60,002 nt of DNA, taken from contig CAYPDV010000002.1 in assembly GCA_964409525.1 (NCBI GenBank), forward strand, positions 4,047 to 64,048. Direction: 5' to 3'. Source of the stretch: an uncultured Gemmatimonadaceae bacterium. GTDB taxonomy: Bacteria > Gemmatimonadota > Gemmatimonadetes > Longimicrobiales > Gaopeijiaceae. Made by a program: the position numbers and the translations under genes. Positions 34,149-43,374 of the stretch are shown piece after piece. The notes under the pieces were generated by a model. The model was not told where the DNA came from. It ran no database searches and saw nothing but the letters and a program-made list of their open reading frames with translations. Each line of letters opens with the position of its first letter. Within the stretch, counting starts at the first letter, position 1.

Positions 34149-34871
34149 TCACACCCTCCCCGCCGCCACCACCCGCTCCGCCTCTTCGAGCCGCTCGTGG
34201 GTGCCGATGTCGATCCAGAGCGCGTCGCCCACGTGGTGCGGCATCACCCGCTCGCCCTCCCGGACCAGCCGGAGGTAGGTGGAGATGATCGAGAAGCGCT
34301 CCTCCTCGACTTCGAGGTGACGGAAGATCCCGGGAGAGATGCACTGGACGCCGCAGAAGTCGAGCGGACGCTCCTCGCCCCGGGGCTCCCGCACGCGGGT
34401 CTCGCGGCCGCCGTACGCGTATCCGAGAAGCCCCTCCTCGTCGAAGAGGAGGTAGCGCTCCGTCTCGGGTGGGCGGACCGCGAGCGTCGCCAGCCGCTCC
34501 GGGGCGTGCGCGTCGAAGAGGGCCCGGAGATCGATGTCGGTGAGCAGGTCCACGTTGTGCATGAGGAAGGGGGCGGCCGCTTCGAAGAGCGGAGCGGCCC
34601 TCCGCAGGCCGCCTCCGGTCTCGAGCGGTCCGTCCGGCTCCTCGGAGACGACGATCTCCGCCTCGAGATCCGCTTCACGGAGGAAGGCACGGATGCGGTC
34701 CGCATGCGGAGAGACGTTCACGACGAGGCGGCGAGCACCGGCTTCCACGAGTCGCCGGGCGACCCGCTCGAGCATCGGCACGCCCCCGACCACCACCAGC
34801 GCCTTCGGCATCCGGTTGGTGAGGGGGCGGAGCCGGGTGCCCAGACCCGCCGCGAGGATCATGGCTTCCAC
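34149..34871 (-). CDS. Sugar-phosphate nucleotidyltransferase (MurU/GlmU-N-like)
   Basis: 240 aa. N-terminal ILAAGLGTRLRPLTNRMPKALV signature. Sits 1 nt upstream of ppc. Confidence 0.85.
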   Translation of the reverse strand: MEAMILAAGLGTRLRPLTNRMPKALVVVGGVPMLERVARRLVEAGARRLVVNVSPHADRIRAFLREADLEAEIVVSEEPDGPLETGGGLRRAAPLFEAAAPFLMHNVDLLTDIDLRALFDAHAPERLATLAVRPPETERYLLFDEEGLLGYAYGGRETRVREPRGEERPLDFCGVQCISPGIFRHLEVEEERFSIISTYLRLVREGERVMPHHVGDALWIDIGTHERLEEAERVVAAGRV

Positions 34872-34889
34872 TTCGGATCACTTCCCGGT

Positions 34890-36590
34890 ATGACGGATCG
34901 TTCGATCGGAATGGCGCACGGGTACGGCCTCTCGGGGTCCGGGAGCAACGTGTGGGCCGGATCCGTGGCGGGCGCGCTGTGCGGGAGCGGGGTGGACGTG
35001 CACCTGCTGTGCCAGGAGAGTCGGCCGGAGGAGTACGATTTCGTGGCCGAGGCGTGGAGCTACGGGGCGGAGGGTGAGCCGACGCGGCTCTTCCGCCGCG
35101 CGACGGCGTACCCCGGCCGCTGCATCGTGCACCGGCCGGAGCTGGAGGTGCTCCCGACGTACGTCCGCCCGGGAAAGCGCTCCGACTACGTGGTGTGGAT
35201 CGGCGACCTCGACTCCGAGCGGATCGAGCGCTACCTGGATCTGAACGGCGCGGTCCTGCGACGACTCGTCCACGAGCACGGGGTCCGGCGCGTGCACGTG
35301 AACCACGTCCTGCTCCTGTCCGAGGCGGTGCGTCGACTCAAGGCGGAGACGGGGGTCCCGTACGCGATCATGCCTCACGGGAGCGCGATCGAATACGTGG
35401 TCCGGAGGGTGCCGGGGATGCGCGAGGTGGCGGAGCGGGCGCTCCGGGAATCGGACCTCGTCCTCCTCCTGAACGAGGACATCGCCCGCCGGCTCGGCGA
35501 GATCTTCCCGGACCTCCCCCGGCTCGCGGAGCGGTCGCGCACCGTCCGCGCGGGCGTGGACACCGATCTCTTCGGGGTGGTCGCCCCGGCCGACCGACGG
35601 GCGGCGTTCGGCCGGGTGGAAGAGGCGCTGGCGGGAGCCGGGCGGGGGCGGAGCCCGGAGCAGACCCGGGCCTTCCTGGACCGCCTGGACGGAGTCCGGG
35701 ACATCGAGACGTTCCGCGAGGTGGCCGCGGAGGCGTCCGACCACGCCTCCATGGCGCCCGACGAGGACGTGGAGGAGCGGCTCGGCGAGGTCCGGTGGGG
35801 CGTGGAGCCGGTGGTCCTCTTCGTCGGCCGGCTCATTCCCGAGAAGGGGGTCCCCTCCCTGGTCACCGCCTTCCCCCGGATCCTCGAAGCCCATCCGGAC
35901 GCACGGCTCCTGCTCGTCGGGAGCGGCGCGCTGCGCGAGCCACTCGAGGCGTTCGTCCACGCCCTCGGATCGGGTCGAGCCGAGCTCGCCCTGAAGATCC
36001 TGGAGTGGGGCGACGCGCTCGGCGCGGGCTCCGTCTCCGGGTTCGAGCCCTCCCGCCGGTACGTGGAGCGACTGGAGGAAGCCGGGGGAGGCCTCGATTC
36101 CTGGCTCGATCGTGCGCGACGCCTGGACCTCGACCGCGTCGTCTTCACCGGATTCATGCGCCACGACGTGCTCCGGCACCTCTTCCCGCTGGCCGACGTC
36201 GCCGTATTTCCGTCCGCGGTGACCGAGGGCTCGCCCCTCGTCGTGGCCGAGGCGGCGGCGTCCGGATGCTTTCCGATGGGCACCGACTTCGCGGGGATGG
36301 GGCACACGCTCCGGGCCGTGGAGAGGGGCGTGCCCCCCGACCTCCGCGAGCGCATGCGGATCCGGCCAGAGGCGGAGCACACCGTCCGCGACATCGCCGG
36401 GAACGTGAGCGCGGTGCTGGACAGCAGGGATCTGGACAGCAGGGATCCCGGAATGGGTGAATCCCTCCACCGCGTGGCGGTCGAGGAGTTCGACTGGGGC
36501 ACGATCGCCCGCACGCTGCGGGAGGCGCTGGACGAGCTGGACGCGCCCGACGAGCCGGACGCTCATCCCCCGACGCGAGCCGGAGGCTGA
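34890..36590 (+). CDS. Glycosyltransferase family 4 (GT-B fold)
   Basis: From the in-frame ATG 34890 of ORF 34044..36590. GSGSNVWAG..., VLFVGRLIPEKG, and the E-x7-E region PSAVTEGSPLVVAEAAASG. Only 18 nt separate it from the divergent upstream gene, so the start is uncertain (alternative ATG at 34911). Confidence 0.82.
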   Translation: MTDRSIGMAHGYGLSGSGSNVWAGSVAGALCGSGVDVHLLCQESRPEEYDFVAEAWSYGAEGEPTRLFRRATAYPGRCIVHRPELEVLPTYVRPGKRSDYVVWIGDLDSERIERYLDLNGAVLRRLVHEHGVRRVHVNHVLLLSEAVRRLKAETGVPYAIMPHGSAIEYVVRRVPGMREVAERALRESDLVLLLNEDIARRLGEIFPDLPRLAERSRTVRAGVDTDLFGVVAPADRRAAFGRVEEALAGAGRGRSPEQTRAFLDRLDGVRDIETFREVAAEASDHASMAPDEDVEERLGEVRWGVEPVVLFVGRLIPEKGVPSLVTAFPRILEAHPDARLLLVGSGALREPLEAFVHALGSGRAELALKILEWGDALGAGSVSGFEPSRRYVERLEEAGGGLDSWLDRARRLDLDRVVFTGFMRHDVLRHLFPLADVAVFPSAVTEGSPLVVAEAAASGCFPMGTDFAGMGHTLRAVERGVPPDLRERMRIRPEAEHTVRDIAGNVSAVLDSRDLDSRDPGMGESLHRVAVEEFDWGTIARTLREALDELDAPDEPDAHPPTRAGG

Positions 36591-37855
36591 TCCCCCGACT
36601 CGCGACCGGGGGTCGTCTCCGTGAAGGTGACGGGCGTGTCCTCGTCGATGCGCCGCGCCAGGAAGAGCGCGTCCCAGTTGGTGAGGCGCACGCAGCCGGC
36701 CGAGGTGACGTAGCCGATCGTCTCGGGCGCCCGCGTGCCGTGGATTCCGTAGTGCGGCTTCGAGAGCGCCATCCACACCACCCCGACCGCGCTGTTCGGC
36801 CCCGGGGGGATCCGAGCCTCCTCCCGATCGTCGGGGACGTCCTCCAGGATCTCCGGCTGGTAGTGCCACCACGGATCCTCCGTGATGGAGACCACCCGGA
36901 AGTCGCCCGTCGGCGAGGGGTCGTACCCGGAGCCGAGGGTGGACGGAAAGTGGAAGAGGATGCGGTCGTCGGCGTCGAGGGCATGGACGAAGTGACCCCC
37001 GTCCGAGATCCGGAGCCGGGCCACCTCGGCCGGCCGGCCGGCGTCCTCGTCGCGGACGTTCGGCACCTGCAGCCCGTCGCCCGCGTCGAGCGCTCCGAGC
37101 TCCACGTCCGGATTGAGCTGCCGGAGCACCTCTTCGGAGGTGTGGAAGCGCTCCGCCAGCTTCTCCCCCTTCGACTCGTAGCACGAGCAGTCGAGCTCGG
37201 CGTGCTCGTAGATGTCCGAGGGGATCCGCACGAAGGGCCCGCTCACGTCCTCTTCCGTCAGCGTATGCCCGCGGACGATCTGGCGGGGGTTGCCGGCGAG
37301 CTCCGCCAGCCGCTCGAACGTGGGCTCGTCGACGGTGCCCGTGGGCTCCAGCCCCTCCCGGGTCTGCAGCCAGTAGACGGCCTTCTCGCTGTTCTTTCCC
37401 CACCGGCCGTCGAGGATCCCCGGCGAGAAGAGGGCGCGGTTCAGGAGCACCTGGATGCGGAGCACCGAGGGGCCGGACGCCTCCACCGGAGGCGTGAGGG
37501 TGGGGGCCTCGTTCACCCGCTCCGGGGAGATCTCGTCCCAACGCTCCACCGCCCCTGCGGTGTCGTGCGCGCGGGGCGTGTCGATCGCGAACACCGTGCG
37601 CCACGCCGGATCCCGCCGGCCCCGCTCGATGTCGTCCGGGTCGAGGGTGTCGGACGAGGCGCCCACCGTCGCGACCCCGTCTCGGGCGGCCGTGGCCGCA
37701 GACGCCCCACCCTCCCGCTCCGCCTCGGCGGCCGAATCCGTGTGCTCCGCTTCCTCGTCGGAGGAGCCCGGGTCGCACCCCCCGAGCGCCGCGAGCAGGA
37801 CGATCACCGGGACGGCCCCGCCCGCCGTGCCGCGGATCTTAGACAACAAGATCAT
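36563..37855 (-). CDS. L,D-transpeptidase (YkuD) lipoprotein with peptidoglycan-binding domain
   Basis: 430 aa from ATG 37855. Lipobox LAALGGC. PG-binding repeat VLRIQVLLNRALFSPGILDGRWGKNSEKAVYWLQ. Catalytic HGT...TSAGCVRLTN. Confidence 0.88.
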   Translation of the reverse strand: MILLSKIRGTAGGAVPVIVLLAALGGCDPGSSDEEAEHTDSAAEAEREGGASAATAARDGVATVGASSDTLDPDDIERGRRDPAWRTVFAIDTPRAHDTAGAVERWDEISPERVNEAPTLTPPVEASGPSVLRIQVLLNRALFSPGILDGRWGKNSEKAVYWLQTREGLEPTGTVDEPTFERLAELAGNPRQIVRGHTLTEEDVSGPFVRIPSDIYEHAELDCSCYESKGEKLAERFHTSEEVLRQLNPDVELGALDAGDGLQVPNVRDEDAGRPAEVARLRISDGGHFVHALDADDRILFHFPSTLGSGYDPSPTGDFRVVSITEDPWWHYQPEILEDVPDDREEARIPPGPNSAVGVVWMALSKPHYGIHGTRAPETIGYVTSAGCVRLTNWDALFLARRIDEDTPVTFTETTPGRESGDQPPARVGG

Positions 37856-37932
37856 TGACTTTCTCGCTCCCGCCCCGAAGGATTGTCCGCGTAGGAGTCC
37901 AGCGGATCCATTCCCGACCGACGGAGAATCCG

Positions 37933-38352
37933 ATGAGCACCGTGCCCGAATCCAGCGAGACCACCCCCCGACACGCCACCGCCGAGCCGGGCCGCGAGGC
38001 CTTCCGGATCCTCCAGATCGGCTTCGTGGTGGCACCCGTCGTCGCCGGCCTCGACAAGTTCTTCGACCTCCTCACCGAATGGAGCCAGTACCTCTGGCCG
38101 ACCGTCACCGACGTGCTCGGGGTTGCGCCCGAGACGTTCATGATGGGGGTGGGGGTCGTGGAGATCGCGGCCGGGATCCTCGTCGCGGTCCGGCCCAGGC
38201 TCGGGGGCTACGTCGTGTCCGCCTGGCTCACGGCGATCGTGGTGAACCTCCTCCTCCTCGGCGACTACTTCGACATCGCGCTGCGGGACGTGGGCCTCGC
38301 CCTGGGCGCGCTGGCGCTGGCCCGGCTCGCCGTCCGCTTCTCGAAGGAGTAG
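37933..38352 (+). CDS. Small DoxX-like integral membrane protein
   Basis: 139 aa from ATG 37933 in ORF 37855..38352. Four hydrophobic segments (FRILQIGFVVAPVVAGLDKF...). Confidence 0.5.
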   Translation: MSTVPESSETTPRHATAEPGREAFRILQIGFVVAPVVAGLDKFFDLLTEWSQYLWPTVTDVLGVAPETFMMGVGVVEIAAGILVAVRPRLGGYVVSAWLTAIVVNLLLLGDYFDIALRDVGLALGALALARLAVRFSKE

Positions 38353-38451
38353 CGGCGGCCGGTCGCGCGCGCGGCGGGACCGCTCGACGTTCGACGTGAG
38401 CGGCCCGCCCGCGCTCCAGCCCACCGCCGCGGCCGGCTTCGCGGCCCGATC

Positions 38452-38892
38452 CTACCGCTTCGGCTCGGCGGGCTCGGAGATCTTCTCCACCGTCTCCTCG
38501 ACCTCGTCCTCGGCCTCGGGGCCGACCTCGACGGCGAGGTCCGCCTGCGCCACGATCCCTACCAGGCGCTCGTCGTCGCCCACGACGGGGATCCGACGGA
38601 CCTGCTCGTCCTGCATGCGGGCCATCACGTCCCGCACGTCGTCGTCCGGGCTCGCCGTGGTGACGCCTTCGGACATGTGGTTGGAGACCGTACAGTCGTT
38701 TCCGTGCCCCTCCGCCACGTGCCGGACCGCGATGTCGCGGTCGGTGATGACTCCGCGCAGGCGCCCGCCGTTGCCGTCGACCACCGGCACGATCCCGATG
38801 TCGAAATCGCGCATGAGCTGGGCGGCGTGGCTGACGGTGTCGTTCGCGTCGACCACCTCGGGATCCGGGGTCATGATCTCGCTGACTCGCAT
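38452..38892 (-). CDS. CBS-pair domain protein
   Basis: 146 aa from ATG 38892. Two CBS repeats (VSEIMTPDPEVV...VPVVDGNGGRLRGVITDRDI; VSNHMSEGVTT...IPVVGDDERLVGIVAQADL). Confidence 0.85.
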   Translation of the reverse strand: MRVSEIMTPDPEVVDANDTVSHAAQLMRDFDIGIVPVVDGNGGRLRGVITDRDIAVRHVAEGHGNDCTVSNHMSEGVTTASPDDDVRDVMARMQDEQVRRIPVVGDDERLVGIVAQADLAVEVGPEAEDEVEETVEKISEPAEPKR

Positions 38893-38978
38893 GGCTGTCT
38901 CCTGCTCGGGTGACGATCGCTCTTCCGCCCCCTGAAGGGGCAAGCATCGTTCCCGGAGGATGGAGACCGGATCCTCCG

Positions 38979-40130
38979 TCAGCGCCCCTCGGCGAGCTCG
39001 CCCAGCTCCTGGGCGCGGCGGATCCAACCCGCCACGTCGCTCCCGGAGATGATCCCTTGGAGCTCGCCGTCCGCGACGACCAGCACCCGCCGGGTTCCCG
39101 AGCCCTGCATCTTCTCGAGCACCTCGGTCATCGGCTCCTCCGCGCGCACCGTCAGCTCGTCGCGCCGTGACTCCATCACGTCCCGGACGGGCGTCCGGTC
39201 CCACTCCCCTCGTGGAGCCTCCTTCACGTGATCGAGCGTGACCAGGCCCACCAGCCGTTCGCCCTCGACCACCGGGAAGGACTGGTATCGGCTCCGGAGG
39301 AAGTGCTCGTCCACGAGCTTCCGTAGCGGGAGGTCGGGGGCGACCGTCTCCGGGTGCGCCGACATCACGTCCCGAGCGCGCACCCCGTCGAGGACGTGGC
39401 GGAGGAGGTGTTGGCGTAGCGACATCTCCGCCGCGCTCCTCAGGAACCAGCCGATGAAGACCAGCCAGAGCCCCCCGATCACGGCCCCTCCGAACATCTG
39501 GAGGATGCCGAGCCCCATGAGCCCGTAGCCGAACCACTTCCCGCCGCTCGAGGCCCAGCGGGTGGCCTTCGTCAGGTCGCCGGTGCGCTTCCAGACGAGC
39601 GCCCGGAAGAGCCGCCCCCCGTCGAGAGGGAATCCCGGGAGCAGGTTGAAGACCGCGAGCACGATGTTGATGACGCCCAGGTACCAGGCGATCCGCACCA
39701 CCCCTTCTCCCGCTCCGATCTGGCCGGCCAGCCACGCGAGACCGAGGAAGGCGCCGCCCAGCACCACGCTCGTGAGCGGTCCGATGCCGGCGATCTGGAG
39801 CTCGTCGTCCGGGGTTTCCGACTCGAGGCGGGTCCGGGCGATGCCCCCGAAGATGAACAGCGTGATCCCCTCCACGGGGATCCCCTTGGAGCGGGCCACC
39901 ACGGAGTGGGAGAGCTCGTGCGCGAGGAGCGAGGCGAAGAAGAGCACCGTCCCGACGCCCCCCATTACGAGGTAGGCGCCCGTGGAGCGCTCCGGAAGCT
40001 CCGCCGGGAAGACCCCGAAGGCGAGCGACCAGAAGATCAGGAAGAAGATCACGAACCACGAATAGTCGATCCGGATCTCGAACCCGAGGACGGATCCCAG
40101 CGGGAAGCTGCTCCCGGCGCTTCCGATCAA
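38979..40130 (-). CDS. Site-2 (M50) metalloprotease with C-terminal CBS pair
   Basis: HELSH zinc motif, NLLPGFPLDGG, multiple TM helices and two CBS repeats. TTG 40130 is the proposed start (uncertain), overlapping the mltA stop. Confidence 0.82.
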   Translation of the reverse strand: MIGSAGSSFPLGSVLGFEIRIDYSWFVIFFLIFWSLAFGVFPAELPERSTGAYLVMGGVGTVLFFASLLAHELSHSVVARSKGIPVEGITLFIFGGIARTRLESETPDDELQIAGIGPLTSVVLGGAFLGLAWLAGQIGAGEGVVRIAWYLGVINIVLAVFNLLPGFPLDGGRLFRALVWKRTGDLTKATRWASSGGKWFGYGLMGLGILQMFGGAVIGGLWLVFIGWFLRSAAEMSLRQHLLRHVLDGVRARDVMSAHPETVAPDLPLRKLVDEHFLRSRYQSFPVVEGERLVGLVTLDHVKEAPRGEWDRTPVRDVMESRRDELTVRAEEPMTEVLEKMQGSGTRRVLVVADGELQGIISGSDVAGWIRRAQELGELAEGR

Positions 40131-41422
40131 TCCATCTGCCTCGGCACGAGGAAGAAGAGCCGCCCCGGCTGCTGCATCCGGCCCGCGATCTCCGCCGCGT
40201 CCTCGCCGCGGCCCCAGTAGACGTCCACGCGCCCGGGGCCGCGGATGGCCCCTCCGGTGTCCTGGTTCAGCACGAAGCGCCGGATCGGCTCGCCCTCGCC
40301 GATCCGCCCCTCGTCGTCGACGGCCGGTCGGCTCGTCGAGATGAACGCGAGCGCCGCCGGCGGGAAGAGCCGGTGGTCGGTGGCGATGCTCCGCCGGCCG
40401 GTCACCGGCACCCCCAGGAAGCCGAGCGGCGGCGTGTCCAGGACGCGGAAGAAGACGTAGGAGGGATTGTGGTTCAGGATCCTCGACACCTCGTCGGGAT
40501 TGCGATCGAGATAGTCCCGGATCGCCTGCATGGACATCTCCTCCGCGGGCACCCGCCCCTCGTCGATCAGGAGTCGGCCGATGCTGCGGTACGGCCGCCC
40601 GTTGCTGGCCGCGTACCCGATCCTCACCTCGCTCCCGTCCGGAAAGCGGACCGCTCCGCTGCCCTGGACCTCCACGAAGAAGAGGTCCGTGCGGTCCTCG
40701 GCCCACGCGATCTCCAGGCCGCGCCCGTCCAGGGCGCCCTCCTCCTGGATCTCGCGGCGGGTGAAGTAGGGCACGAGCCGTCCGTCCTCCGTGACCCTGC
40801 CGGCGATCCGCTCGTCGGGAAGATCGGCTCCGAAATCCCCCAGGCGTACGGTGACGAGGTCGTCGGGCCGCCGATGGACCGGCGTGCGGGCGTCGTCCGT
40901 CGGCTCCCTGGCGCCCGGGATGACGGGCTCGAAGTAGCCGGTGAAGAGCACGTCGCCCTCCTCGTCGCCCATCGACTCGACCACCTCGAACCGCTCGTCC
41001 ACCCACCGGGCGAGCTCGGCGGGGCCGGGGCCGGTGGCCAGGAACGCCTCGAGCTCCTCGAGGGCGGACCGGAGATCGCCGGCCGGCACGTCCCGCACCC
41101 CGAAGTCGAGCAGGGAGTCCGGGTCCACGCCCCGCAGCCACTCGAGACTCCGTCCGACCGCGATCCGGAGGGAAGCGGGATCGCCCTCGTCCAGGAGCTC
41201 CGGCGCCGGGTCCGCTGGGCGGAAGACGGGAGCCCCGGCGTCACCCGGCCCGTCGCCCTCCTCGTCGGCGCCGTCGGCCTCGACCGTCTCCTCGTCCGCT
41301 TCCGGGACCGGCGGGGGGGGCTCGGCGGGTCCCGTCGGGCGGCCGCAGCCGACCGCGAGCAGCAGCAGCGCGAGGGTCGCGGCGGCTCGGGCCCCGACCG
41401 ACGCGACCGGAGGAGGGATCAT
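40127..41422 (-). CDS. mltA: Membrane-bound lytic murein transglycosylase A (MltA) lipoprotein
   Basis: 431 aa. Lipobox LLAVGCG. MltA domain (FTGYFEP..., FFVEVQGSGAVRFPDGS...) and a 3D domain (DTGGAIRGPGRVDVYWG). Confidence 0.88.
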   Translation of the reverse strand: MIPPPVASVGARAAATLALLLLAVGCGRPTGPAEPPPPVPEADEETVEADGADEEGDGPGDAGAPVFRPADPAPELLDEGDPASLRIAVGRSLEWLRGVDPDSLLDFGVRDVPAGDLRSALEELEAFLATGPGPAELARWVDERFEVVESMGDEEGDVLFTGYFEPVIPGAREPTDDARTPVHRRPDDLVTVRLGDFGADLPDERIAGRVTEDGRLVPYFTRREIQEEGALDGRGLEIAWAEDRTDLFFVEVQGSGAVRFPDGSEVRIGYAASNGRPYRSIGRLLIDEGRVPAEEMSMQAIRDYLDRNPDEVSRILNHNPSYVFFRVLDTPPLGFLGVPVTGRRSIATDHRLFPPAALAFISTSRPAVDDEGRIGEGEPIRRFVLNQDTGGAIRGPGRVDVYWGRGEDAAEIAGRMQQPGRLFFLVPRQMD

Positions 41423-41428
41423 GTCCCG

Positions 41429-42340
41429 TCAGTCCTCCTCCACCATGTCTTCCCGGAGATCGGCGTAGCGGAGCACGGAGATGATGTCCCGCCCCAGGCC
41501 GCACGCCTCCGCCGCGTCCACGACGTCGTCGTCGCCCGAGACCACGGTGGCGGGATTCCCGTCGAGCTTGTGCGTCTCGCCCACCAGGAAGGCGATCTGG
41601 AGGTTCCAGAGCAGCTCGGCGGAGCGATCGGAGGTGAGGCTCCCCCCGTTCTCCCGGCTCTCGTCGACGATCTGCCAGTACATCGACACCGCCGCCGAGA
41701 ACTTCCGCCCGAGCCACTTGGCCATGCGGGCGACCTCCTCGTCCGGCACGTCGTCGGGCACGTGCGACGCCGCGCGGCGGACGTGCGCCCGCGCCACCAT
41801 CTGCTCGGAGTCGGAGTCGGACTTCTCGATGTGCTCCTTCAGCGACGCCGCGAAGGACTCGCGCCACGCCCGCAGGCGCTTCGCGAGGATGCGCAGCTCA
41901 CCCCGCACCTCCTCCACCGTCTCCTCGGTCGGCTCGTCGGCGAGTCGCTCCGCGACGGTGCGAACCCGGTCGTCCGTCTCCAGCAGCTCGTCCGGCCAGC
42001 GGTCGAAGAGGGACAGGCAGAGCTGGAGTCCCGAGCTGGCCCAGACGGCCAGGTCCTCGCCGCCCGCCTTCGTCGGGATCCGGCAGTGCCGGACGGCCGC
42101 CAGCGCCGCGGCCTTCCGGTTCTCGTAGTCGTCGACCTCCGGATCCGCGATGTCCGCCAGGAGCTCCATGAGCACGGTGGAGTAGCCGATGGCCTGGAGG
42201 CCGACCTCGCGCTCGGCGTCCACGAGCGAATCGAACTGCTCCAACGCCTTCTCCGAGTGGCGTCGACCGACGAGCCGGCGGTACGCCGGGGCGTCGAAGA
42301 CGACGAGTCGATCGACGTCTCGGGTGATCTGGATGACCAT
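41429..42340 (-). CDS. Hypothetical acidic cytoplasmic protein, no recognised family
   Basis: 303-aa clean ORF with normal amino-acid composition and no TM segments. N-terminal LVVFDAPAY and C-terminal VVSGDDDVVDAAEACG acidic strands are loosely PIN-like. Confidence 0.6.
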   Translation of the reverse strand: MVIQITRDVDRLVVFDAPAYRRLVGRRHSEKALEQFDSLVDAEREVGLQAIGYSTVLMELLADIADPEVDDYENRKAAALAAVRHCRIPTKAGGEDLAVWASSGLQLCLSLFDRWPDELLETDDRVRTVAERLADEPTEETVEEVRGELRILAKRLRAWRESFAASLKEHIEKSDSDSEQMVARAHVRRAASHVPDDVPDEEVARMAKWLGRKFSAAVSMYWQIVDESRENGGSLTSDRSAELLWNLQIAFLVGETHKLDGNPATVVSGDDDVVDAAEACGLGRDIISVLRYADLREDMVEED

Positions 42341-42492
42341 GTCTGGGGCGGCTCTCCCCTGAGAGTATCTGGAAGTCGCTCCGGACGAGCGAGTCCGGGC
42401 CTCCTAGCGTACCGTCGAGACGGGGCATAGATCCGGCGGCCCCGCTCTTGCGCGTTCTCGTGGGGAATCCGGATACACCGCGAGGAGGCACG

Positions 42493-43374
42493 ATGGAGGC
42501 AGGCCCGGGAAGCGGGCGCCCCGCCGCCGCGGCGGGCACGGTGACGATCGGCGACCTGGGGGTGAGCCGCATGGGATTCGGCGCCATGCGCCTGACCGGG
42601 GACGGCGTGTGGGGGCCGCCGCCGGACCGGGACGCCGCCCTCCGGGTGCTCCGCACGGCGGTGCACCGGCTCGGGGTGGAGCTGATCGACACGGCCGACT
42701 CCTACGGGCCGCGGGTCAGCGAGGAGCTCATCGCCGAGGCGCTGCACCCGTACCCGGACCGGCTCCTGATCGCCACCAAGGGGGGGCTGGAGCGCCCGGG
42801 TCCGGGCGAGTGGCCCCGGAACGGACGCCCGGAGCACCTCCGCGAGGCCCTCGAGGGGAGCCTCCGCCGGCTCCGGCTCGAGCGAATCGATCTCTACCAG
42901 CTCCACGCGGTCGACCCGGATGTCCCCCTGGAGGATTCCCTGGGTGCCCTGGTCGACGCCCGCGACGAAGGCAAGATCCGCCACATCGGCGTCTCCAACT
43001 TCGACGTCGAGGAGCTCGAGCGGGCGCGACGGACGACCGAGGTGGCCTCGGTGCAGAACCGCTACAACCTTCTGGACCGGGAGTCCGACCCCGTGGTCGA
43101 CTGGTGCGAGGAGAACGGCGTCGCCTTCCTTCCGTGGGCGCCGCTGACCCAGGGCGTGCCGGACGAGGACGCGGTCGAGGAGGTGGCCCGCCGGCGCGGG
43201 ATCACGACGGCTCAGGTGGCCCTCGCGTGGCTCCTGCGGCGCTCTCCGGTCGTGGCCCCGATCCCCGGCACCTCGGACGAGGAGCACCTCCGGGAGAACG
43301 TGGAGGCGGCGCGGGCGGAGCTCACCGACGAGGACGTGGACGCGCTCGACATCGGACGAGGGAAGGAAGCGTGA
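42493..43374 (+). CDS. Aldo/keto reductase
   Basis: ATG 42493 after GAGGAGG. GFGAMRL..., IDTADSYG, LYQLHAVD, IGVSNF. Confidence 0.9.
   Translation: MEAGPGSGRPAAAAGTVTIGDLGVSRMGFGAMRLTGDGVWGPPPDRDAALRVLRTAVHRLGVELIDTADSYGPRVSEELIAEALHPYPDRLLIATKGGLERPGPGEWPRNGRPEHLREALEGSLRRLRLERIDLYQLHAVDPDVPLEDSLGALVDARDEGKIRHIGVSNFDVEELERARRTTEVASVQNRYNLLDRESDPVVDWCEENGVAFLPWAPLTQGVPDEDAVEEVARRRGITTAQVALAWLLRRSPVVAPIPGTSDEEHLRENVEAARAELTDEDVDALDIGRGKEA

Noticed and set aside
34872-34889. 18-nt divergent intergenic region between the nucleotidyltransferase and GT4 genes as an unusual bidirectional promoter
   Set aside because: It is too short to interpret. More likely the GT4 start is misplaced (alternative ATG at 34911), or promoters lie inside neighbouring coding sequence.
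36563-36590. 28-nt convergent 3' overlap of the GT4 and L,D-transpeptidase genes as an antisense-regulation feature
   Set aside because: Short convergent overlaps are common in compact GC-rich genomes, and no additional structure was seen.
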